Shown here: positions 51,130 to 64,000 of the stretch, piece after piece
Layout: each line of letters opens with the position of its first letter
Position numbering within the stretch: the stretch's first letter is position 1
Assembly (NCBI GenBank): GCA_030390025.1
Contig: CM059432.1
Location: 98,396,001-98,460,000, forward strand
DNA length: 64,000 bases
Source: Squalus acanthias
Taxonomy: Eukaryota
Direction: 5' to 3'
Program-made: the position numbers and the translations under genes
The notes under the pieces: model-generated
What the model saw: only the letters and a program-made list of their open reading frames with translations
Databases searched by the model: none
What the model was told of the DNA's origin: nothing

Positions 51130-53939
51130 GCCATGCATCTGCCCAATCGTCCAACCTGTCCAAATCATACTGGAGTTTGTCTGCATCCTCCTCACAGCAC
51201 ACACGCCCACCCAGCTTTGTGTCGTCTGCAAACTTGGAGATATTACATCTAGTTCCCTCATCTAGATCATTAATATATATATATTGTGAATAACTGGGGT
51301 CCTAGCACCGATCCCTGCGGTACCCCACTAGTCACTGCCTGCCACTCAGAAAAAGACCCATTTATTCCAACTCTTTGCTTCCTGCCTGCCAACCAGTTTT
51401 CTATCCAAGTCAGTACCTTACCCCCAATCCCATGTGCTTTAACTTTGCACGCTAATCTCTTATGCGGGACCTTATCAAAAGCCTTCTGAAAGTCCAAATA
51501 CACCGCATCCACTGGTTCTCCCTTATCTATTCTACAAGTTAGATCCTCAAAGAATTCCAGTAGATTAGTCAAGCATGATTTACCTTTTGTAAATCCATGT
51601 TGACTTTGTCCGATCCTGTCACTGTTTTCCAAGTGCTCTGCAATTGCATCTTTTATAATGGACTCTAGCATTTTCCCCACTACCGATGTCAGGCTTACCG
51701 GTCTATAATTCCCCGTTTTCTCTCTACCACCTTTTTTAAATAGTGGGGTTACATTAGCTAGTCCTCCAATCCATGGGAACTGTTCCAGAGTCTATAGAAT
51801 TTTGGAAGATGACCAGCAATGCATCTACTATTTCTAGGGCCACCTCCTTATGTACCCTAGGATGTAGATTATCAGGCCCTGGGGATTTATCGGCCTTCAA
51901 TCCCGTCAATTTCCCTAACACCATTTCCTTACAAATATTGATTTCATTCAGTTCCTCCCTCTCATTAGATCCTGTGTTCCCCAACATCTCTGGGAGGTTA
52001 TTTGTGTCCTCCTTTGTGAAGACAGAACCAAAGTATGTATTTAATTGGTCTGCCATTTTTTTGTTCCCCATTATAAATTCCCCTGATTCTGACTGCAAGG
52101 GACCTACGCTTGTCTTCACCAACTTTTTCTCTTCACATATCTATGGAAGCTTTTACAGTCAGTTTTTATGTTCCCTGCAAGCTTTCTCTCATACTCTATT
52201 TTCCCCCTCTTAATTAATCCCTTTGTCCTCCTTAGCTGAATCTTAAACTGCATCCAATCCTCAGGTTTGCTGCTTTTTCTGGCCAATTTATATGTCCTCT
52301 CCTTGGATCTTATGCTATCCCTAATTTCCCTTGTTAGCCACGGTTGAGTCACCTTTTTTGTTTTATTTTTATGCCAAACAGGGATGAACAAATTCTGTAG
52401 TTCATCCATGCGATCTTTAAATGTTTGCCATTGCTTATCCACCGTCAACCTTTTAAGTAACGTTCCCCAATCCATCCTAGTAAACACGCGCCTCATACCA
52501 TCGTAGTTTCCTTTATTTAAATTCAGGACCCTAGTCTCTGATTCAACTACTTCACTCTCCATCCTAATGAAGAATTCTATCATATTATGATTGCTCCTCC
52601 CCAAGGGTCCTCGCACAAAAAGATTGCTAATTAATCCTTTCTCATTACATAATACCCAGTCTAAGATGGCCTGATCTCTAGTTGGTTCCTCGACATATTG
52701 GTCCAGGAAACCATCCCGTATACACTCTTGGAATTCCTCCTCCACAGTATTGTTACTAATTTGGTTAGCCCAATCTATATGTAGATTAAAGTCACCCATG
52801 ATAACTGCTGTGCCCTTATTGCACACGTCTCTAATTTCCCATTTAATGCCATTCCCAACATCAGCATTACTGTTTGGGGGTCTGTATACAACTCCCACTA
52901 ACGTTTTCTGCCCCTTGGTATTTCTCAGCTCTACCCATACAGATTCCACATCATCAGAGCTAATATCGTTCCTTACTATTGTATTAATCTCCTCTTTAAC
53001 CAGCAATGCTACCCCACCTCCTTTTCCTTTTTGCCTGTCCTTCCTGAATATTGAATACCCCTGGATGTTGAATTCCCAGCCTTGGTCACCCTGGAGCCAT
53101 GTCTCCATAATCCCAATTCTATCATATCCGTTTACATCTATTTGCGCAGCTAATTCATCCACCTTATTATGAATGCTCCTCGCATTAAGACACAGAGCCT
53201 TCAGGCTTGTTTTTTTAATGCTCTTAGATCATTTAGAATTATTGTTTACAGTGGCCATGTTTGATTTACACCCTTGATTTCTCTGCCTTCCACTTTTGCT
53301 TTTCTCCTTCCTGTCTTTTGTTTCTCTCCTTGCTTCCCTTTCCTCTGTGTCCCTGCACAGGTTCCCAACCCCCTGCCATTTTAGTTTATACCCTCCCCAA
53401 CAGCACTAGCAAACACTTCCCCTAGGACATCGGTCCCGGTCCTGCCCAGGTGCAAACCGTCCAGTTTGTACTGGTCCCACCTCCCCCAGATCCTGAGATT
53501 ACTACCTTTGAGGTCCTATTTTTTAATTTACCTCCTAACTCTCTATATTCAGCTTTTAGGACCTCATCCCGTTTTTTACCTATATCGTTGGTACCTATAT
53601 GCACCACGACAACTGGCTGTTCACCCTCCACCTCCAGATTGCTCTTCAGCCGCTCCGAGACATCCTTGACCCTTGCACTAGGGAGGCAACATACCATCCT
53701 GGATTCTCGTTTGCGGCCGCAGAAACGCCTATCTATTCCCCTTACAATAGAATCCCCTATCACTATAGCGCTCCCGCTCTTTTTCCTCCCGCCCTGTGCA
53801 GCAGAACCACCCATGGTGCCAGGAAGTTGGTTGCTGCTGCCTTCCCCCGATATCCAAAGTGGTATATCTGTTTGAGAGGGGGGTGGCCACAGGGGACCCC
53901 TGCACTACCTGCCTGTGCCTACTACTCTGCCTGGCTTTG

Positions 53940-56900
53940 ATCTACGGTGACCTCCAACTTGCGTCAATTTAGCCATCATCTTTCTGCATCGCCACTGAGT
54001 CTCATTCCGACAGCAACAACCTCCATCCTTGAACTCTCACCCTTCAAATAGCTTCTGGACTTCACTCACCTGCTTTGGACAGCGGTTCATCGATGCTCCG
54101 AACCGGCCCCATCCTGCGTACATTGGCTTGTCCTTCCATGGGACCTCTGACTTTGACCCTGGTCTCCCTACTTTTGTCCCCAACCTATTCCCTGCTATTA
54201 ATTCCATTAATTATTACATTTATTCAGGCCTATGTAACCTGAGCTTTTCCCGTGTCTATTCGCGTGCGCACTTTGGCTGCCGCTCCAGACCTGAGCCATT
54301 CCACTTTTTCCCCCTATTTTCCTTTTCTCACTATCCCTCCCTGACCGCAACTCCTGTCGTCATGCCTCCTTTCATCTCTCCTCTCTCAGATACACTGCCC
54401 TCCCAAATCCCTACCCCAATCCTTCATTACTCTTCAACCTTCCTACTCTCCTGCCGCCGTCCCAGGCTTGACTCCCTCTTAGATAAGCCCACAGCTCCCC
54501 TCTGTGCCTCTCTTGACATCCTATGAAGGGCCCATCGAGGCACTCGTCGCTGCCTCCTTACGAGCAGCAACCCCAACTGTCCCATTCTACTCTTTCGCCG
54601 ACGTTCCCACCCAGCGTGCCCACTGGGGGCAAATCTTGTCAATCTCCTCCCCATCCAACTCATCCCCACAGCGCTGACACTGTGGATGCTGGCAGTGGGG
54701 CAGCCATCGCCGACCCTCTCCGCATCTCTCTCCAGAATGTCCGTTCACTTGCGAACAAAGGCCTTTGCCATCCATGAGCTTATCATGGATGACTGCATCC
54801 ATATCATGGCCCTGATGGAAACTTAGTTGAGGGGTGATGACATCCTACCTTTAAATGAAGCCTCCCCACCTGGCTATACCTTCCACCAATTGCCCCGCTC
54901 AGACCGCCGTGGTGGCGGTGTGGCTCTCATCACCAAATCGCATCTTGGTCTGTCCCCCTATTCCTCTGGTAGTTTCTCCTCCTTTGAGCATCTCACCTTA
55001 TTCCACCACTCTCAACTCTCATTTAAAATTCTTGGGGGTAGAAATTAGGTCGCGCCCCATTTGGGGCGCAAATATCGTCCGGACGCAAATATTAGCGCCT
55101 GGCGCTAATTATCGGCACTGACAGGAAACTTCACTTTTACCGCCCCGGGAGGTGAGTGGAGCGCTAAAGCAGGCGCTGCACACCTGTCTTAAGGCGCAAA
55201 GGCCGAGCAGTGAGGCGCTAACTCAGAGCGCTGGCGAAGCTCATGTAATGTCAGTCAGCAATGGAACACACACACAATGGCACGGGCCAGTTCTTAAAGG
55301 GGATGGTTAATCTTGCTTTCCATCCACATCCTGTTCATTGCAGCCTTGAATCTCGGCCTGGAGAGACTTGCACATCAAATATGCTGGAAAGAACAATGGA
55401 GAGTACCAGGCAAAGAGCTCAGAGTGCAGCTCCCACAGTCTCTGCTAAATCGATACAAGGAATGGCAAATCAAAATGAACCTGCAAAGTGCTGCTCAGTA
55501 CCCAAAACTCCTTCACACAACGTTGAATCTCTCCAGAAGTCTCTCCCTCTCTCTCTCAGAATGCGTAGTTCAAAAATGCCACCAACAATAAAAGACAGGA
55601 AGAGGCCCCCTTTAAATAGCGCCCCCCCCAGCCCCACAGCGATTGATAGCGTTCCAGTCTTCTGGTCGTTGGAAGCGCCAGGCGGTAAGGCAGGGGGCGC
55701 CACTCAATTTCCGCTACGGGGCGCCACAAGGGCGTTGCACCATGGAATGACGTCACAATCTGCGCACGCAGGTGGTCGCAGCGGTAAGTTTTAGCGCCGC
55801 CGCACAATCTCAAGTTAAGTTCTCGAGCGGCGCAAACATCGCTGCGCCCGGGTGTTAGCGGCTTTGCGCCCCATTAGCGCCCTCTTAAGGCGCTAACGGG
55901 AGGCGCAACCAACTGAATTTTTACCCCTTGTTCTCTACCACCCACCCAAGTATCATAAAACTTTATCACTGAGATATCTTCACTGCTTTCCTCCCTCAGC
56001 CTCTGCACCGAACGACTACTCATCCTCGGTGATTTCAACCTCCATCTCAATTCATCATGCTCTCTCTCCTCTGAGTTCACTAGCCTCCTATCCTCCCTTA
56101 ATCTCTCCCTCCATGTGAACTCCCCAACCCATATTCACGGCCACTCCCTCGACCTTGCCATCTCTCGTGGCCTCGCTACTCCCATCATGTCAATTGCAGA
56201 TAAGGCCATCACTGACCATTTCCTCGAATCGCTCTCCACCCACATCCCCCTTCCACCCACCCCCACCAACCCTACTTCCTTTTGTGTTTGCCCCTGGAAA
56301 AAACTCTCTCCCAACTCTCTTACAACTGCACTTATGAAATCCCAACTGTCCAGCCTCTGGCCCTCCATTCACCATGACATTTCTGCAGCTACCGATCTGC
56401 TCAACCACACCCTAACCACTATCTTTGATGCCCTAGTCCCTACTAAAAAATTACCCTCCCTCATCCTGGCCATTCCCCGTGGAACGGCTCTCATCTTCAC
56501 TCCCTTAAGTCCAAGGGACGCAGACTCGAACGGATATGGCGGACAACTGGTTTAGCCATTCACCACCAGATCTAGCTGGACTACATAAAGCACTATCGGA
56601 CCCTGCTCTCGTCTGCCAAAATTGCTCACTATTCCAGAATCATTCTGGAATGAAAAGATAAACCCCAGCTCCTATTCTCTACTGCTAACCGTCTTCTGAA
56701 ACCTGTCTCCCCTGTCTCCTTCACCTTCACCTCCGATAACAAGTGTGAGGAGCTCATGGACTTCTTTGTCTCTAAGATTGAGACCATCCATTCAGCTGCC
56801 TCTGCCACTTCCCTTCCTTCCCCTAGCCCACTGGGCCAAACTTCCTCTAAGGTTCCCCCCTGCCCTAGCCCTGAACTTACATCTTTCTCCAGTTTCTCTC

Positions 56901-58387
56901 TGATCTCCCCTCATGACCTCTCTGCGCTCATCTTGTCTATGAGACCCAACTCTTCTCCCTTGACCCTATTCCCACCAAACCGCTGACCACCCAACTTCCT
57001 TTTCTGGCTCCCATATTAGCTGCTATTGTGAACAGTTCTCTCTCCTCAGGTACTGTCTCCCTCTCGCTGAAATCTGCCGTCATCACCCCTCTTCTCAAAA
57101 AACCAAACCTCCCTCCGTCCTTGCAAACTACCGCCCCCTCTCCAACCTCCCTTTCCTCTCCAAAGTCCTTGACCGTGTTGATGCCTCCCAATTCCGTGCC
57201 CATCTTTCCCGCAATTCCCTGTTTGAATCCCTCCAATCAGATTTCCGCCCTTGCCACAGTACCAAAACGGCTCTCATCAAAGTCACAAATGACATCCTTT
57301 GTGACTGTGACAAAGGTAAACTATCCCTCCTCATCCTTCTTGACTTGTCTGCAGCCTTTGACATGGTTGACCACTCCATCCTTCTCCAACGCCTCTCCAC
57401 CGTCGTGCAGTTAGGTGGGACTGCACTCAACTGGTTCCATTCTTATCTATCTAATCGTAACCAGAGAATCACCTACAACGGCTTCTCTTCCTGCTCCCAC
57501 ATCGTTACCTCTGGTGTCCCCCAAGGATCTATCCTTGACACCCTCCTATTTCTCATCTACATGTTGCCCCTTGGTGACATCATCCGAAAACACAGTGTCA
57601 GTTTCCACATGTACGTTGACGACACCCAGCTCTACCTCACTACCTCTTCTCTCGGCCCCTCCACGGTGTCTAAATTGTCAGACTGCTTGTCTGACATACA
57701 GTTCTGGATGAGCAAAAATTTTCTCCAATTAAATATTGGGAAGACCGAAGCCATTGTTTTCGGTCCCCGCCACAAATTCTGTTTCCTAGCCACTGACTCC
57801 ATCCCTCTCGCTAACATCTATTTGAGGCTGAACCACAACCTTGGTGTCATATTTGACCCTGAAATGAGCTTCCGACCACATATCCGCAGCATAACAAAGA
57901 TCGCCTACTTCCACCTACGCAACATCGCCCGTCTCCGCCCTTGCCTCAGCTCATCCTCTGCTGAAACCCTCATCCATGCCTTTGTTACCTCTAAACTTGA
58001 CTATTCCAACGCACTCCTGGCTGGCCTCCCACATTCAACCCTGCGTAAATTTGAGGTCATCCAAAACTCGGCTGCTCGTGTCCTAACTTGCATAAAGTCC
58101 TGTTCGCCCATCACCCCTATGCTCGCTGACCTACACTGGCACCCGGTTAAGCAGCGCCTCGATTTCAAAATTCTCATTCTTGTTTTTAAATTCCTCCATG
58201 GCCTCACCCCTTCCTATCTCTGTAATCTCCTTCAGCCCCACAACCCCCTGAGATATCTGCGTTCCTCTAATTCTGCCCTCTTGAGCATCCCTGATTATAA
58301 TTGCTCAACCTTTGGTGGCCATGCCTTCTGTTGCCTAGGCCCTAAGCTCTGGAATTCCCTGCCTAAACCTGTCCGCCTCGCTACCTT
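53940..58387 (+). mobile_element. Long L2-clade LINE (endonuclease plus RT, disrupted), split by a MITE
   Basis: LQNVRSL, RRGGGVALI, ILGDFN, DLSAAFDMVDH, SGVPQGSIL, YVDDTQLY (ORF 57345-58415); 5' boundary approximate. Confidence 0.9.
55035..55927. mobile_element. Harbinger-type MITE
   Basis: TIR GGGGTAGAAATT...AATTTTTACCCC with TSD TTG; removing it restores the L2 endonuclease sequence. Confidence 0.85.
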
Positions 58388-58916
58388 TAGGAGACCTGTC
58401 AAATCTGTGAATTGAAATCGGCCCCAAAAGAACAGCTAAACCTCAAATAATTTTTTTTAAAAACCCATCACATTAATAAAATAACTATAGTTAAATAAAT
58501 TAACCACTTTAAACAAAAATTTTAATTTTTGAAAAAATTTAAATTCTTTTTAAAAGTTATAAAAATAAACTTACCTTTCTTTAAAGTCTCTAAAAAAGAT
58601 AAACCTGTTGAAAAAAATTTAAAATTATACTTAATTAACTACTTACCTTGTTCAAAAGGGGTCTTACGCCTCCTTTTTACTTGTGTAAAATCTTCCATAC
58701 TTACCCTCGCGTTGAAACCTGAAAAAAAACCTAAGTGTGCTGCATGCGCACAGCCTCTAGTGCGCACGCGGTTCACCTAGGAACCGCCCCCTTCGCCATA
58801 CCGGAAGTGCCGGTTTCCCGCGCATGCGCAGTGCATGCAGGAAACCGGCACTTCGGGAACGAATACGGGTGAGTACGCAGCGGGTACTCTCCCGAGAACG
58901 GCTGAACTTTTGGGCC
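58388..58916. mobile_element. Partial copy of the MITE at 5059-5830
   Basis: Collinear with about 5300-5830; right end TGAACTTTTGGGCC. Confidence 0.7.
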
Positions 58917-61584
58917 AATACTTAACAAGAAGATAGTCGCAGTCTGTTCATCGAACCCCGGCGTTCCTTCTGAGTGACTGTGGCGGGGTCTCTTTATCTC
59001 TTGCTGTGTTCTGTTCACTGAAGCTTCTCTTCCTCTGGTTTTGCACTGCCTTCAGTGTTCAATAGCTGTTCATTTATACCTTTTTTTCCTCCGTTTTGCC
59101 TACGTGGCAGTAACTAGCCCTCTGACACCTTGTAAATGTCCCTCCTCTCCTTGCCAGTTATCTTATGACCTTGTGAATTCCACTAGGCTTCTTTCTGTGC
59201 ATAACAAGCTACCCTTATCTTAGAGTTTCACTTTACAGAACATTCTTGAGGTGTTTTCTAAACAGTTTGTCTATTCTGCAGCTTCTTATGTGAAGGCTGT
59301 CTCTAACTCATATCTCTCTCCTCCAGCTCTTATCTCTTATCCATAACATTACCGATTTCCATGCCTCCTACTATCTCTGGGTTTACTTAACACAACATTT
59401 CATTACTACAGCATTTTCTAACAGAGTTTTAGTCAGGTTGGCATAATTTCCCATCCTGCTTTATTTCTCAACCATTCGCCATTTTATACAGGCTTTTTAG
59501 GTTTTTAACATACAATTTCACATATTATAGTTATTTAATAATGGTTACAAAATCTTAACAATGTTTACTAAATCCTACAGGTACTCTCTATCCGACACAA
59601 CTGCACAAAGATACTAAACTCCCTCTAATGGCTGAACAACACATTTTTGCACACTTTCACATTCTCTACTGATTTCTAGCAGCTTGAGATTCCCAGACTA
59701 GGATCTTGTAAGTCTTTTTCATCTTTACTCAAATCAAACTGGGTGTTTCTCATCTGGACCTGCTGTAAATGAGTTGTGCCTCTTATCTTACAGCAAACAT
59801 GCAAAACTTGGACGATGGATGTGGTCCTTTCCTGGAATGTTGTACAGGTGTACATTTCCTGAGGGAGGGATCATTGGGAGAATGATTGAGGGATTGGACT
59901 GAAACTATTGAAACTAGTGAGGTTTGGAGCTGCATTGTTGCTTGAATGTTTGTCTACCAGAAAACTTTGGGCAATACTGTAAAATGGGCAATATTGAATC
60001 AGCCACCCGGTGTACATCTCGACCGATTTTCAATTCCATTGAAGTGAACAGTAAGATGTATAACAGGTGGCTGATGCTATATTGCTCGTTTTACACTATC
60101 GCCTAAAGTCAAAATTATGCTCCTTGAAATTTTACTCAAGTTAAATGAACTGAAGTTGTGTCCTACACACGCATCAATAGCTACTGATATCTACAGGCTT
60201 CTGGAAGGTATCAGAATTTAATTTCCAGAAAGCACAAAATCATAAAATTATTTAAAAATGATCTTTTAAATGTGTTTTAAAGAGAATGTGTAATGATGAA
60301 CATTCAGACTGGACAAATATCTTTCTTTATAATCATTGATCATTTCTCATTTTAATTTCTTGTGAGTTTTCTGGTAAGCACACTTGTGGAGATGTTACAG
60401 CCAACAATGAGATATGATAAATATCATCTATTTGTTCTGAATCTACAAGTCTTACCTCAGTAGGATAACATTTGATTATCTTGCCTTTGGATATAATTAC
60501 TTGACATGTGACAGAAACTCCCTCAATTGCAATTATCAGTATGGTCTACAGCTTAGATGAGCAGTGGTTGAAGAAACTAGCATTCATTGAAAGAGGTTCC
60601 AACTCACTTAGTAACAGATTTATGAATCTGTTCATTTGTGCTACGAGTTTCATACATTCAGAATAAGTAATTATTAATTGTGGATTTCCTGTCCAGGACT
60701 GACAAGGCCTGGATTTTTGCCCAGTTTTTGAGTATCTTGATTTCCAGTGTTTTCAATATTACTGTACAAGGCTTTGATGTTATGAAGTGTCTTTTATTTA
60801 CTGTGTGATGGATTGTTTCTCTAATTAACTTTCACGCTGTTAAAGGCAATGATGCCTGATTCCAAAATGACTTTAGAGCATTTTTAACAGGACAGTATTT
60901 AAAATCTCCCAGAAATGCACCATTGTTAAAACACCATCCTTAATATAAGGCTCCTCAACAGATTATTGATTGAGGTTGCCTCCTGCAAATTATCTCTGGA
61001 TAAGTTTCTGGATATAACTGATCACCTCAGGCAGCAAAGAGAGCATAAAGTAAGGGAGAAACAGTAGACGTTATCTATATGCTGGTTAATGGACTATTCC
61101 TCCCTATAGCCTGGCATTCCTCTTTGATTAGAAAAAAAAAGTCAGTTTTCATCATAACTAAAGATCCGTTTACAAAATCAAGGGGTTGCTTGGCTTTGAA
61201 ACACAATTCCTATAGCCGATTATAAACCTGCCCGCCCAGTGGGAATGGGGCGGCTGGGTGGTTAAAATGGTGGTTTGGCGCTTGCCACTGCATTCCCGAC
61301 ATGTTCGCACCTACCACCATTTTAACTGCTGGATTTAAAATTGCCTGGGCCTCACGTCAGAGCCATCATGGCCACTTCCCGCCACACCACACCCCCCACC
61401 CCCCCAGCCCACGGACACCTCACCTATGTCCTCAGTTAAAACCAGGGCTAACCTGATAAAATGGGGGCTAAATTCGATAGCCCCAAAAAACAGACACGGG
61501 GATCGCGATGCGCGATTAACCCACGCCTGTTGCTTCTGATGCAGGTAGCACGCAAATTTCATGTTGCCTGCTAATTTAAATGAA

Positions 61585-61747
61585 GCGGAGATGCCGGTGT
61601 TGGACTGGGGTGGACAAAATTGAGAGGTCGCACAACACCAGGTTATAGTCCAACTACTTCACCTGAGGAAGGGGCGATCGATAGCTCCGAAAACTTGTGA
61701 TTTCAAATAAAACTGTTGGACTATAACCTGGTGTTGTGCAACCTCTC
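61585..61747. mobile_element. ORF-less palindromic Penelope pLTR element (family B) with a hammerhead motif
   Basis: Arms TTGAGAGGTCGCACAACACCAGGTTATAGTCCAAC / GTTGGACTATAACCTGGTGTTGTGCAACCTCTCAA; TSD AATTTAAATGAA at 61573-61584 and 61748-61759; same pLTR as 2212-2300. Confidence 0.8.
61659..61700 (+). ncRNA. Hammerhead ribozyme motif (stem III degenerate)
   Basis: TCAC-CTGAGGA-A-GGGGC-GATCGATA-GCTCC-GAAAAC-TT-GTGA. Confidence 0.65.
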
Positions 61748-61874
61748 AATTTAAATGAATGCAGTGTTGACGCAGCACTTAATGCACTGCTAAGTGGCTT
61801 AATACCTCAGCAGGGGGCCCAAGTTTGTGCGAGGCTAGCACCACTTAAAGCTAGCCTCGCACAAACTTGCTAAA

Positions 61875-64000
61875 GGTAGCACCACTACTGACCAAGCTGG
61901 CAGAGTCCTGAAGTGTAAGGGGTTTGCGGCGTGCTTGTATTGCAGACGGTGCTGGTGCGGAGTTAGGCCTTCGTTGCCTAATACTATTGCTTGCTCTGGT
62001 CTCCGGCCAGCCTTGTTGCAATAAGCACCTGTGAGTGGTTCGACCCACTCGCCCTTACGGTTCTAACACTGGACTTAGGTGCGAGAGCAGTAATGCAGAG
62101 AAAAACTCAAATAGACCCGGTTAAATAGTACGAAATGGAAATCTTTATTGCATAGCGTCCAAAATCATGAAGTACATGTCATAGGTGCAAATTAATGAGA
62201 GTACAAGTATAAATACATTCATAAAGCTTGGTCTATGGTAATGAAGAACGCACGGCACATCGTAAAAAGGGGAACACATTATACTTTATCCTTAATAAAA
62301 CCACCCTCCCTTATCAATACCTACACTACATCTAGATTTGTAGGATCGGGAAACATGCTCACCACTCGTGATACTTCGGAGAATTTTAAAGTGAGGCACT
62401 CGGCTCATTTCGCTGCAGCGCCTGACTGTCACGTGTTTGGAAGGGTCTCTGTACCCCACTTGTTTATCTTTGCTGCTGCAGCAAGCAGGCTGTGCTCCCC
62501 GTTGTCATGAAGAACTCGACAGCACTCGGGCCCGGCTGTAGAACTCAAAGAAAAGTCTTCCTGTACCGACACCAGTTGTCGGTAGAATTCAAAGAAGAGT
62601 CTTTGACCGGTTCGTGCAGTAACCTGTAGAGTTCAAGAAATGGGTCTTATATTTTCGGGTGCGGTCGGGGTTTACTGACCGCGGCGGCACGTGGATTCTT
62701 CTTCTTCTCTTGTCATTTCGTCTTGTCTTGTTGGGCCTTCGGGTCCAAACACCGTTTACCGACTCTCGGGATGGTGCACCCGGTCACTTGCCTTCGTCAA
62801 GGTGGCTCGTTCCGATTGAGCTCCACCCAACATTCGAATAACCGTCCAGTGCGGCTAAAGTCCAGAGTCAACAGAGTCCAGAGAAAACACAGAAGGCTGC
62901 TCGTCCAGCAGAGCGATACCCGAGGATCAGAATAGGAGAATAAAAGTTCAGCCCGAGTCAAGAGTCCGCAGAGATAAGAGACCGATGGACATTTGTTCAC
63001 TATAGTTATAGTGCTGTGTTCCCTTATCTCCCGCCCAAATCTTAATGTTTGTCCTTTGTGAAATATTGGCGCTCAAAACTCCCAGCATGGGGCGATTCTT
63101 GTCTTTAATGGGTTTCAGTAGCACCTGAAACTGGCCAACTACCCGTTAATGTTTTCCCCATTGTTGACCCAGCCAGGATCGTATGAATCGTCTCCCTGAC
63201 TGGTTTTGGGGGCCACCGAATACTTGTTTAATCACCCGAGAATGGCTCTCTCATTGTAGAGCCGTGGGGGTATTTGTGTATTGATGTGTCTGGATGGGCC
63301 TTCGATTGCCCAGTACAATGAACCTTACTTGTGCATGGAAAACGATTCCAGCACTCATATCTTTTGCTATTGTCACAAATGCAAACAGGTTGCATCCTGT
63401 CTTTATCAGTGCTATCGAGTATGATCCCGTCTTATATTGAAATGTTTATTCGAACACCATCTTGTCTGCCCACTGTAATTCTGGAAGCTTCTGCCACGAT
63501 GCGCGGTGGCCATTTTACAGGCTTCTGTGTCCTTTTTAATCATGACAGCATTTCGTTTAAATAAACTGATCAAACGAATCTGCTTCTCTTTCGTTATTTT
63601 GAATCGCGATAATTGCGAAAATTTACAGAAGGACATAACTGCCAGTCTGGGCCTGCGACAGGTGGTGAGAGAACCAACACGAGGGGAAAAACCTACTTGT
63701 CCTCGTCCTCACCAATTTACCTGTCGCAGATGCATCTGTACATGAAAGCATTGGTAGCAGTGACAACCGCACAGTCATTGTGGAGACGAAGTCCCGTCTT
63801 CACACTAAGGACACCCTCCATCGTGTTGTGTGGCACTATCACCATGCTAAATGGGATAGATTCAGAACAGATCTAGCAGCTCAAAACTGGGCATCCATGA
63901 GGCACTGTGGACCATCAGCAGCAGCAGAATTGTATTCCACCACAATCTGTAACCTCATGGCCCAGCACATCCCTCACTCTACCATTACCATGAAGCCAGG
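61875..64000 (+). mobile_element. Non-LTR retrotransposon endonuclease-region fragment interrupted by LTR copy 4
   Basis: TTDQAGRVLK|DITASLGLRQVVREPTRG...LVLTN...IGSSDNRTV reads across the LTR (with a frameshift). Confidence 0.7.
61914..63627 (-). mobile_element. Solo-LTR-like element copy 4 (1714 bp)
   Basis: TGTAA...TTACA termini with TSD GAAG (61910-61913 and 63628-63631). Confidence 0.85.

Larger units (their letters stand above)
43604..53935 (-). mobile_element. Long CR1 LINE (5'-truncated in ORF1) carrying one PLE and two solo-LTR insertions
   Basis: ORFs 53422-53814 (esterase), 52116-53162 (endonuclease), 51270-52122 and 48920-49519 (RT) are collinear once the insertions are removed. 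Confidence 0.95.

Overview
Eukaryotic, repeat-dominated DNA with no confidently identifiable host gene. The SINE/LINE repertoire (V-SINE with a CR1 tail, DeuSINE/SacSINE1-like element, CR1 LINEs with an esterase ORF1) points to a cartilaginous fish (inference). Most of the window is nested mobile DNA. It holds many CR1 LINE copies, including two long ones tail-to-tail, plus L2 and RTE LINEs and PIF/Harbinger-type non-autonomous elements with 3-bp TSDs and Myb/SANT remnants. It also holds five Penelope-like (Neptune-type, GIY-YIG) insertions from two families, each with minimal hammerhead-ribozyme motifs, and four 1.6-1.7 kb TGTA...TACA solo-LTR-like elements with 3-4 bp TSDs. Most notable: a nearly intact Penelope-like element bracketed by two hammerheads exactly 3200 nt apart, ORF-less palindromic hammerhead mini-elements, the unclassified long LTR family, and a CR1 5' UTR packed with about 19 splice-donor-like motifs. 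Boundaries without a stated TSD are approximate.
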